Below, piece after piece: positions 26,864 to 34,314 of a stretch of DNA of 34,314 nucleotides. The stretch's first letter is position 1, and every line of letters starts with the position of its first letter. The stretch comes from an uncultured Actinomycetes bacterium (GTDB taxonomy: Bacteria > Actinomycetota > Actinomycetes > Nanopelagicales > Nanopelagicaceae), in contig CAIXTG010000180.1 in NCBI GenBank assembly GCA_903922325.1, positions 1 through 34,314 on the forward strand, written 5' to 3'. The position numbers were made by a program, and so were the translations under genes. The notes beneath the pieces were generated by a model. It made no database searches. It worked only from the letters and a program-made list of their open reading frames with translations, and had not been told where the DNA came from.

Positions 26864-27853
26864 ATGATTGATCAATTACTTGCTTCTATGCAGGTAGTTG
26901 CGCTGCCGCTAAAAAGTAAGTTTCGTGGCATCACCGTGCGCGAAGTTGCCCTATTTCAAGGCCCGGCTGGCTGGGGCGAATTCGCGCCTTTTTTAGAATA
27001 TGACGATACCGAAAGTTCGACTTGGTTATTAAGTGCAATAGACGCAGCCACTAACTCGGCACCGATGGCACACCGCGGCTTTATCAAAGTCAATGCAACA
27101 CTGCCGGCGCTAAATAACGCGAAAGAGATTGAAGAGTTACTGCAATCTTTTGCTGGTTGCGACACTGTGAAAATTAAAGTTGGCGAAAATTTAGGCGAAG
27201 ATATTGTGCGGGTTGCCCGAGTTAGGGCACTTCTACCAAAAGCCAAACTAAGGCTTGATGTAAATGGTGGCTGGAGCGTTGAACAAGCTTTGATAAATCT
27301 TTATGAAATTTATAAAGAAGTTGGCCCACTGGAATATGTCGAGCAACCATGTGCGACGCTTGAAGAACTTCGTGAGTTGAAAGCTAAATTAGTAATTGAT
27401 TTTAAAATTACTGGCGATGAAGTAATCCGCAAAGCAAAAGATCCTTTTGCAATTGATCTACAAGGCGCCGTTGATATTTTGATGTTAAAAGTGGCACCTC
27501 TTGGTGGCATTACTCGAGCTCGCGAAATCGGCGCGCACCACAAATTGCCGATAGTGGTATCAAGTGCGCTAGATAGTGCAGTCGGAATAAGTCATGGCTT
27601 GCAACTTGCCGCCTCATTGCCATCGCTTGATTATGCCTGCGGATTAGCAACCGGCCAGTTATTAAGCGCAGATATTGCAGAACTACCACTGAAAAATGGC
27701 GAACTAGCCGTTAACTCAGTTTCACCAGACGCCGAATTATTAGCGAAGTATGCTGTGCCAGTTGAGCGGTTAACTTGGTGGAAAGAGCGCACAAAACGTG
27801 CTTTTTACGCTGGTGCCGAAAGTGAGATTAAAGCGAGAGGCTGGAACTGGTGA
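26864..27853 (+). CDS. menC: o-succinylbenzoate synthase
   Basis: FRGITVRE, GWGEFAPF, VNAT, KIKV, RLDVNGGW, YVEQPC, DE, KVAPLGG, ACGLAT (enolase superfamily). Confidence 0.95.
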   Translation: MIDQLLASMQVVALPLKSKFRGITVREVALFQGPAGWGEFAPFLEYDDTESSTWLLSAIDAATNSAPMAHRGFIKVNATLPALNNAKEIEELLQSFAGCDTVKIKVGENLGEDIVRVARVRALLPKAKLRLDVNGGWSVEQALINLYEIYKEVGPLEYVEQPCATLEELRELKAKLVIDFKITGDEVIRKAKDPFAIDLQGAVDILMLKVAPLGGITRAREIGAHHKLPIVVSSALDSAVGISHGLQLAASLPSLDYACGLATGQLLSADIAELPLKNGELAVNSVSPDAELLAKYAVPVERLTWWKERTKRAFYAGAESEIKARGWNW

Positions 27854-29418
27854 ATACTTCCACCTCGCTTGCCCGCGTAGTAGTTCGTCAATTAATTGAA
27901 GCTGGCATCACTGATGCGGTTATTTCACCAGGATCTCGTAACGCACCGATTTCGTTAGCCATGTTTGCAGCGGCTGAGAAAGAATTACTCAAGTTACACA
28001 TCCGCATTGATGAAAGATCAGCTGCCTACTTCGCGCTAGGCCTTGCTAAAGCAAGTGGTCGGCCAGTTCCGATTGTCTGCACGAGTGGCACTGCAGTTGC
28101 GAATTATCATCCAGCAGTTCTAGAGGCACATCACAGCAATGTGCCGCTATTAGTATTGACTGCAGATCGCCCGGCCAATCTACGTCGAACTGGCGCTAAC
28201 CAAACAACTGAGCAAGCGCGCATTTTCGGTGGCGCAGTTCGCTACTTTGCCGATGTTTCTGGCGGAGTTTTCCCACTTGAGTTACCGCTTGATTCACTTC
28301 ATCGCGGTCCAGTTCACTTAAATTTACAATTTGATGAACCGCTATTGCCAGATGATCAAAGCGATTGGCTTAGCGAAATTAAAGTTGCACCTAAAGCAAA
28401 GCCAGCTGGCAAGTCAGCCGGAACCCTAAAAGTTAATACCACTCGTGGCGTATTAGTTATTGGCCATGATCGGGGCGGCTTAGCAGTTTCGGAAGTTGCT
28501 CAAATTGCAGCTGATTTGAATTGGCCGGTAATTGCCGAAGATCCACTTTCATTTCCCGATGCAATCGCACATGCAGCGCTTTTCTTAGCTTCACCTGCAA
28601 TCCGTAAGAACTTAAGCCCTGAAACTGCCGTAATCATTGGCCGTACGACGCTTTCACGTTCAGTAAATGCGCTCATTGCCTCAGCTAAGTCGCAGATTGT
28701 GATTGATCCACGCATGGCAACGGTAGACACCTATCGCGTTGCCGATCAACGATTTATTGCGGCTCCTACAGTCGTCTCAAAGCCGGCAGATGAGCAGTGG
28801 CATGAACAATGGCAGAAACTAAGTCAACGCACATCGAAGCTAATTGCCGATATTTCTAATTGGTCCGAGAGTTCTCTAGCTCGTGAATTAGCTAAGCAGT
28901 TATCAGGTGCGGTATTTATCGCATCATCACGTCCGATCCGTGATCTAGAGAGTTTTGCTACATCTCGCACCGGTATTGAAACTTTTGCCAATCGCGGACT
29001 GGCCGGCATCGATGGAAACATTTCAACGGCGCTCGGAATTGCAACTGCCCGAAAAAGTGCAACAGCAATTATTGGTGACTTAGCTTTCTTGCATGACTTA
29101 ACTGGGCTAGTTGGAAATACTTCGGCTAACTTGCGCATCATTGCAATTAATAATGATGGTGGTGGAATTTTCTCAACTTTGCCACAAGCAGGAGTAGCCG
29201 GATTTGAAACAGTATTCGGAACTCCACACGGTTTAGATTTAGCAAAGATCGCAACTGGTTTAGGAATAGCTGCCAAAACGATTTCTTCTTTTGCGGAATT
29301 AAAGAGCGAGCTAGCTAAACCAATTTCTGGAGTATCAGTTTTGGTTTGTCAGATGCCTAACCGCGAAGATAATGCGTCGCAACTAAAAGCACTTGTTGCT
29401 AATTTAGAATCAATTTAG
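27850..29418 (+). CDS. menD: SEPHCHC synthase
   Basis: SPGSRNAP, IDERSA, CTSGTAVAN, TADRP, GANQT, NRGLAGIDG, GDLAFLHD, NNDGGGIF. Confidence 0.97.
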   Translation: MNTSTSLARVVVRQLIEAGITDAVISPGSRNAPISLAMFAAAEKELLKLHIRIDERSAAYFALGLAKASGRPVPIVCTSGTAVANYHPAVLEAHHSNVPLLVLTADRPANLRRTGANQTTEQARIFGGAVRYFADVSGGVFPLELPLDSLHRGPVHLNLQFDEPLLPDDQSDWLSEIKVAPKAKPAGKSAGTLKVNTTRGVLVIGHDRGGLAVSEVAQIAADLNWPVIAEDPLSFPDAIAHAALFLASPAIRKNLSPETAVIIGRTTLSRSVNALIASAKSQIVIDPRMATVDTYRVADQRFIAAPTVVSKPADEQWHEQWQKLSQRTSKLIADISNWSESSLARELAKQLSGAVFIASSRPIRDLESFATSRTGIETFANRGLAGIDGNISTALGIATARKSATAIIGDLAFLHDLTGLVGNTSANLRIIAINNDGGGIFSTLPQAGVAGFETVFGTPHGLDLAKIATGLGIAAKTISSFAELKSELAKPISGVSVLVCQMPNREDNASQLKALVANLESI

Positions 29419-30621
29419 TGCATTGCGCATTGGCGCAAACTTCGCTTCACTTTCGGCTAATTCTTTCGCCGGAATCGAGCCGTTAACAATTCCGCAGCCC
29501 GCAAAGATTCGAATTTCAGCCCCAGTGATTTGTCCGCAACGAAGTGCAATTCCTAATTCACCATCACCAGCTGCATCAATCCAGCCCACTGGCCCCGCGT
29601 ATCGACCGCGATTAATACCCTCATTGGCCGTGATTAACTCAAAAGCTTTTTGCGTAGGAGTGCCACAAACGGCTGCGGATGGATGCAATTTTTCGAGCAA
29701 CGTGAAGCTATCAACTTGTTTAGTGGTCTCGGCAAGGGCACCAGTTACATCGGTGGCTAAGTGCATGACATTAGCTAAGTGCAATACAAATGGTGATTCA
29801 GGAACGTTAGTTGACGAACAAAATGGTTCGAGCGCTTCGGCTACAGAACGCACCGCATAGTTATGCTCTTCGAGATCTTTTGATGATCTAGCAAGTGAAC
29901 CAGCTAAGGCTAAGTCGCGTTCATCATCGCCAGTCTTGCTAATAGTGCCCGCCAGAACTCGGGAAGTAACCATGCCTTTACTTAAACGGAGTAATAGTTC
30001 AGGAGTTGCGCCAACTAAACCGGCAATCGCAAAGTTCCAGGTTGATGGATATTCGCTAGCTAAATTACGTAAAACATTTCGCGCATCAATCTCTTTATCT
30101 GCGGTGGCGCTTTGGTCGCGCGCCAGAACAACTTTATCAACATTGCCGCTTTGAATCTCTCGAACTAGTTTTGAAACTTGGGCTTCCCAATCACTTTGAC
30201 TAATTGGTTCGTTCTGCCAATTCAACTTTGCTAAATTTACGGAAGTTTTCTCGGTTGGCAATATTGGTTGTGGCACATCGCCAATCCAAGTCAACCAAGA
30301 TTTTCCATTCCGCTGACCAACAATTACTTTTGGAATTACTAAAACTGATTCTTCGGATTCCGAAAATGAAAAAGACGAAAATAGAATTGGTCCAGTGCCA
30401 CTTACATGCACAGCATCGGCAATTGAAAAAGTTTCTAGTTGTTGATGCCACCAATTTCGTGCATCGTTAAATCGATTAGGGCCGCTAACGCTCGTGCTGG
30501 CATGAACGCCCCAGCCAACTAAACCGTCGCCACCGCGCACCCAAGCAATCGGAGCATCAGTTGGCAGTAGATCCAAAAGCGGTAAGTGCTCACCCAGGCT
30601 GACAGTATTGATCGAAATCAT
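29410..30621 (-). CDS. menF: Isochorismate synthase
   Basis: KVVLAR, GATPELL, LAGT, KDLEEH, HLAT, LHPSAAVCGTP, RGRYAGPVGW, ALRC, FAGCGIV. SD-like GAGGAAAGGG upstream. Confidence 0.94.
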   Translation of the reverse strand: MISINTVSLGEHLPLLDLLPTDAPIAWVRGGDGLVGWGVHASTSVSGPNRFNDARNWWHQQLETFSIADAVHVSGTGPILFSSFSFSESEESVLVIPKVIVGQRNGKSWLTWIGDVPQPILPTEKTSVNLAKLNWQNEPISQSDWEAQVSKLVREIQSGNVDKVVLARDQSATADKEIDARNVLRNLASEYPSTWNFAIAGLVGATPELLLRLSKGMVTSRVLAGTISKTGDDERDLALAGSLARSSKDLEEHNYAVRSVAEALEPFCSSTNVPESPFVLHLANVMHLATDVTGALAETTKQVDSFTLLEKLHPSAAVCGTPTQKAFELITANEGINRGRYAGPVGWIDAAGDGELGIALRCGQITGAEIRIFAGCGIVNGSIPAKELAESEAKFAPMRNALN

Positions 30622-30705
30622 CTTTTCGCCCTTTCCTCGAGTGAAAAATTTAAATAACCCGCGCTTGAAGTTGTAGCCGAGCCTACCTTCAGAGAGAATG
30701 CACCT

Positions 30706-31398
30706 ATGTCGCGAGCTAATCTCAATAAAGACCCCGATGAAGTAGCAGCGATGTTCGATGGCGTTGCCAAACGCTATGACCTAGTTAATGACCTGCTCAG
30801 TTTGGGTCGCACCAAAGCTTGGCGCCGCTCAACGACGGCGATCATCGCCCCAAAGACCGGCATGAAGATCCTTGATCTGGCTGCCGGAACTGGCTCTTCT
30901 TCTGAACCGCTAGCAGCAGCTGGCGCCGATGTGATTCCGGCTGATTTTTCCGAAGGAATGTTGGCCGCTGGCCGCAAAGCCCGCCCACATCTGCCATTTA
31001 CTAAAGCCGATGCGCTAAATCTGCCCTTCAAAGATGGCGAATTTGACCTAGTGACCATCTCTTTTGGCCTGCGAAATACCAATGATTTCGACCTCGCTCT
31101 GCGCGAGATGCTCCGCGTGACCAAGAGCGGGGGCCGTATTGTGATCTGCGAATTTAGCGCTCCAGTCTGGCGCCCGTTTCGTACCATTTATACCAATTAT
31201 CTGATGCGTGCTCTGCCTTTCATCGCTCGCAAAACTTCCTCAAATCCCGATGCCTATGTTTACTTGGCAGAATCAATTAGAGCTTGGCCCAATCAAGTAG
31301 CTCTGGCCGAACACATTACAAAGGCCGGTTGGCAGAACGTAGGTTGGCAAAATTTAACTGGCGGAGTTGTTGCAGTTCACAGCGCTGTAGCGCCTTAG
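30706..31398 (+). CDS. menG: Demethylmenaquinone methyltransferase (MenG/UbiE)
   Basis: [44 protein letters not shown]. Confidence 0.96.
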   Translation: MSRANLNKDPDEVAAMFDGVAKRYDLVNDLLSLGRTKAWRRSTTAIIAPKTGMKILDLAAGTGSSSEPLAAAGADVIPADFSEGMLAAGRKARPHLPFTKADALNLPFKDGEFDLVTISFGLRNTNDFDLALREMLRVTKSGGRIVICEFSAPVWRPFRTIYTNYLMRALPFIARKTSSNPDAYVYLAESIRAWPNQVALAEHITKAGWQNVGWQNLTGGVVAVHSAVAP

Positions 31399-31425
31399 CG
31401 GTCATAAGTACCGCTTACCCGAGAA

Positions 31426-31438
31426 TAGGATTACGCCT
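31426..31438 (+). promoter_or_regulatory. -10 element for leaderless nuo operon transcript
   Basis: TAGGAT (31426-31431)-N7-GTG(31439). Confidence 0.55.
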
Positions 31439-31810
31439 GTGACTGGAACAAGCAATCCATATATCCCGATTCTGGTAATTGGGGCTATTGGCTTCGGATT
31501 CGCCATCTTCTCAGTCGGCATCTCATTAGTTACCGGCCCAGCTCGCTATAACCGAGCAAAACTCGATGCATATGAATGCGGAATCGAACCTTCACCTCAA
31601 GCTGCCGAAGGTGGCCGTTTCCCCGTTAAATACTTCTTAACTGCGATGCTCTTCATTATTTTTGATATTGAAATTGTTTTCCTTTATCCATGGGCAGTGG
31701 CTTTTGATCAACTTGGTCTCTTTGGATTAGTTGAAATGGGAATCTTCATCGCCACAGTTTTCGTAGCTTTTACCTATGTCTGGCGCCGCGGTGGATTGGA
31801 ATGGGATTAA
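31439..31810 (+). CDS. nuoA: NADH-quinone oxidoreductase subunit A
   Basis: KLDAYECGIEP, FIIFDIEIVFLYPWA, RRGGLEWD. Confidence 0.97.
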   Translation: MTGTSNPYIPILVIGAIGFGFAIFSVGISLVTGPARYNRAKLDAYECGIEPSPQAAEGGRFPVKYFLTAMLFIIFDIEIVFLYPWAVAFDQLGLFGLVEMGIFIATVFVAFTYVWRRGGLEWD

Positions 31811-31816
31811 TTTAAA

Positions 31817-32371
31817 ATGGGTCTAGAAGAGAAATTACCTAGTGGGTTTTTATTAACTTCAGTTGAAAAACTTGCGGGCTACATGCGCAAGAACTCACTG
31901 TGGCCAGCAACTTTTGGTTTGGCTTGTTGTGCAATTGAAATGATGGCAGCAGGTGCTGGTCGTTACGATTTAGCTCGTTTCGGAATGGAAGTTTTCCGCG
32001 CATCTCCACGTCAAGCAGATTTGATGATTGTTGCTGGTCGCGTTTCAAACAAGATGGCACCAGTTCTTCGCCAGATTTATGATCAAATGGCAGCGCCAAA
32101 ATGGGTTATCGCAATGGGTGCATGTGCATCTTCTGGTGGAATGTTTAACAACTATGCAATCGTGCAAGGTGTTGATCACGTAGTACCAGTTGATATTTAT
32201 TTACCAGGTTGCCCACCTCGTCCTGAAATGTTGATGGATGCAATTCTTAAATTGCACGATCAAATTTATGTTGAAAAGCTTGGTCCAAACCGCGAATTAG
32301 TAATCAAAAACGTTGAAGCAGCAGCTCTTGCAGCCCTTCCAACCCATCAAATGAAGGGGTTGTTAGCGTAA
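31817..32371 (+). CDS. nuoB: NADH-quinone oxidoreductase subunit B
   Basis: [35 protein letters not shown]. Confidence 0.98.
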   Translation: MGLEEKLPSGFLLTSVEKLAGYMRKNSLWPATFGLACCAIEMMAAGAGRYDLARFGMEVFRASPRQADLMIVAGRVSNKMAPVLRQIYDQMAAPKWVIAMGACASSGGMFNNYAIVQGVDHVVPVDIYLPGCPPRPEMLMDAILKLHDQIYVEKLGPNRELVIKNVEAAALAALPTHQMKGLLA

Positions 32372-33006
32372 TGAGTAATGACGAGCGCGGTTCTTTTGGT
32401 ATTCACGGAACTGGCGATACTTCAGGTTATGGCGGGCTAGTTCGCACTCAAGTAAGCCCAGGCTCTACCGAGCGCCCATACGGTGGCTATTTCGATCAAG
32501 TTGCTGATGATTTAGAGCGTGCATATCCTGATTTTGCTGATGCAATTGAGCGCGTAGTTGTCGATCGTGGCGAATTAACGCTTCACATCAAACGTGAACG
32601 TTTGGTTGAAGTGTCGCTGATTTTGCGCGATCGCCTTAAGTTTGAAAACTGCTTAGGCGTTAGCGGTGTTCATTATCCAGCTGATACCAATCGCGAACTT
32701 CATGCTGTTTATCCATTACTTTCAATGACAAACAACCAACGCATTCGTCTTGAAGTTAGCGTTCCTGATTCTGATCCGCACATTCCTTCACTCGTTGAAG
32801 TTTGGGCTGGCAACAACTGGAACGAACGCGAAACTTTTGACATGTTCGGAATTATTTTCGACGGTCACCCAGGTCTTACTCGCATCTTGATGCCAGATGA
32901 TTGGCAAGGACACCCACAACGTAAAGATTATGCACTCGGTGGAATTCCAGTTGAGTACAAAGGCGCAACAACTCCGCCACCTAACGAACGTAGGTCATAC
33001 AAGTGA
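32371..33006 (+). CDS. nuoC: NADH-quinone oxidoreductase subunit C
   Basis: [44 protein letters not shown]. Confidence 0.97.
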   Translation: MSNDERGSFGIHGTGDTSGYGGLVRTQVSPGSTERPYGGYFDQVADDLERAYPDFADAIERVVVDRGELTLHIKRERLVEVSLILRDRLKFENCLGVSGVHYPADTNRELHAVYPLLSMTNNQRIRLEVSVPDSDPHIPSLVEVWAGNNWNERETFDMFGIIFDGHPGLTRILMPDDWQGHPQRKDYALGGIPVEYKGATTPPPNERRSYK

Positions 33007-34314
33007 GCACATACGTAGATCCATACGCATCCTCTCGCGAAACTACCGAAGGAACTGTTTTCTCAGTTACCGGTGGCGATTGGGATTCACTAGTTACTGA
33101 AATTGGTCAGGCGAAAGAAGAGCGCGTTGTCGTAAACATGGGTCCGCAGCACCCATCAACTCACGGCGTGCTTCGTTTAGTTCTAGAACTTGAAGGCGAA
33201 ACTGTTACTGAAGTTCGTTGTGGAATTGGTTATCTACATACTGGTATTGAGAAGAACACTGAATATCGCAGCTGGACTCAAGGCGTTACTTTCGTAACTC
33301 GCATGGATTATTTGTCACCTATTTTCAATGAAACTGCATATTGCCTAGGTGTTGAAAAACTTCTAGGTATCGAAGCTCCAGAGCGCGCAAACCAAATTCG
33401 CGTAATGATGATGGAGTTCAACCGAATCTCCTCTCACATGGTTGCTCTCGGTACCGGCGCCCTCGAACTTGGCGCACTTTCACCGATGATCTTCTGCTTC
33501 CGCGAGCGCGAGCGCGTGCTTGATATCTTCGAATTAGTCTCAGGTTTACGCATGAATATGGCCTATGTGCGCCCAGGTGGCGTTGCCCAAGATCTACCAA
33601 AGGGCGCCATCGCAAAGATTCGCGAGACTGTTGCTGAACTTCGTAAAAACTTTAAAGATAACGAAAAACTTCTGGTTGGTAACTCAATCTGGATGAAGCG
33701 CACCGAAGGCATTGGTTACTTAGATCTAGCTGGTGCAACAACTCTGGGTATCACTGGCCCAGTTCTTCGTTCAACTGGCTTACCTTGGGATCTACGAAAG
33801 ATGCAGCCATATTGTGGTTACGAGCAATACGACTTCGATGTTGTAACTGCTGATACTTGCGATGTTTACGGTCGCTTCTTAATTCGAATTGCTGAACTAG
33901 AACAATCACTTCGCATCATTGAACAAGCCTGTGACAAGTTAGAAAAATCAGAAGGCCAGCGAGTAATGGTTGCTGATAAGAAAATTGCTTGGCCATCTCA
34001 GCTTGCTGTTGGTAATGACGGAATGGGTAACTCACTCGATCACATTCGCGAAATCATGGGCGAATCAATGGAAGCTTTAATCCACCACTTCAAGTTAGTA
34101 ACTGAAGGTTTCCAAGTTCCGGCAGGTCAGGTTTACGTTGCCGTTGAATCGCCACGTGGCGAACTTGGCGTTCACTTAGTATCCGACGGCGGCACCCGTC
34201 CTTATCGCGTTCACTTCCGCGAACCATCTTTTAATAACTTGCAATCAACTTCAGCGATGTGCGAAGGCAGCATGGTTGCCGACATCATCGGCGCAGTTGC
34301 ATCGATTGATCCAG
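33003..34314 (+). CDS. nuoD: NADH-quinone oxidoreductase subunit D, 3' end truncated by window edge
   Basis: Not in ORF track because no stop lies in the window. GTG at 33003 overlaps the nuoC stop. My translation: [28 protein letters not shown]...[16 protein letters not shown]...GYLHTGIEK...ESPRGELG...AVASIDP. Confidence 0.96.
   Translation, partial: MSTYVDPYASSRETTEGTVFSVTGGDWDSLVTEIGQAKEERVVVNMGPQHPSTHGVLRLVLELEGETVTEVRCGIGYLHTGIEKNTEYRSWTQGVTFVTRMDYLSPIFNETAYCLGVEKLLGIEAPERANQIRVMMMEFNRISSHMVALGTGALELGALSPMIFCFRERERVLDIFELVSGLRMNMAYVRPGGVAQDLPKGAIAKIRETVAELRKNFKDNEKLLVGNSIWMKRTEGIGYLDLAGATTLGITGPVLRSTGLPWDLRKMQPYCGYEQYDFDVVTADTCDVYGRFLIRIAELEQSLRIIEQACDKLEKSEGQRVMVADKKIAWPSQLAVGNDGMGNSLDHIREIMGESMEALIHHFKLVTEGFQVPAGQVYVAVESPRGELGVHLVSDGGTRPYRVHFREPSFNNLQSTSAMCEGSMVADIIGAVASIDP

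Noticed and set aside
33421-33615. GC-richer stretch and antisense ORF within nuoD
   Set aside because: Explained by Arg/Ala/Gly-rich conserved NuoD sequence; the antisense ORF has no motif.
1-34314. CRISPR arrays, tRNA/rRNA genes, riboswitches and tandem repeats
   Set aside because: The largest intergenic gap is about 85 bp and none showed such structure by eye; a covariance-model scan would be needed to exclude small RNAs formally.

Overview
A gene-dense, streamlined actinobacterial chromosome segment of roughly mid-40s %GC (estimated by eye), with intergenic gaps of 0-85 bp. Gene content plus low GC suggest the freshwater acI lineage (Ca. Nanopelagicales, Planktophila-like); this is an inference. 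In order: sugar ABC permease (partial) and a BadF-type sugar kinase; radA; a Cys-rich DUF3109-like gene; proC; two convergent secreted beta-propeller proteins, one also carrying a HExxH metallopeptidase and an FN3 domain; an orphan plus a glutaredoxin-like gene; an XPB helicase cluster interrupted by an M20 peptidase; a HAD phosphatase; the cytochrome c maturation system II operon; a divergent cytochrome P450 / GH125 pair; a divergent basic amino acid decarboxylase / gabT pair; the menaquinone cluster (menA, E, B, C, D, F, G); and nuoA-D (nuoD runs off the end and is absent from the ORF track). I saw no rRNA, tRNA, CRISPR array, transposase or phage gene, and I cannot support a wholly new multi-gene system. 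The best leads are: (i) an unusually short P450 and a GH125 sharing a 22-bp bidirectional leaderless promoter with interlocked -10 boxes and an inverted repeat; (ii) missing heme-biosynthesis genes at their usual locus, next to heme-consuming genes; (iii) a metallopeptidase-FN3-propeller surface protein; (iv) pervasive leaderless promoters, including a PafBC-like element in front of radA.
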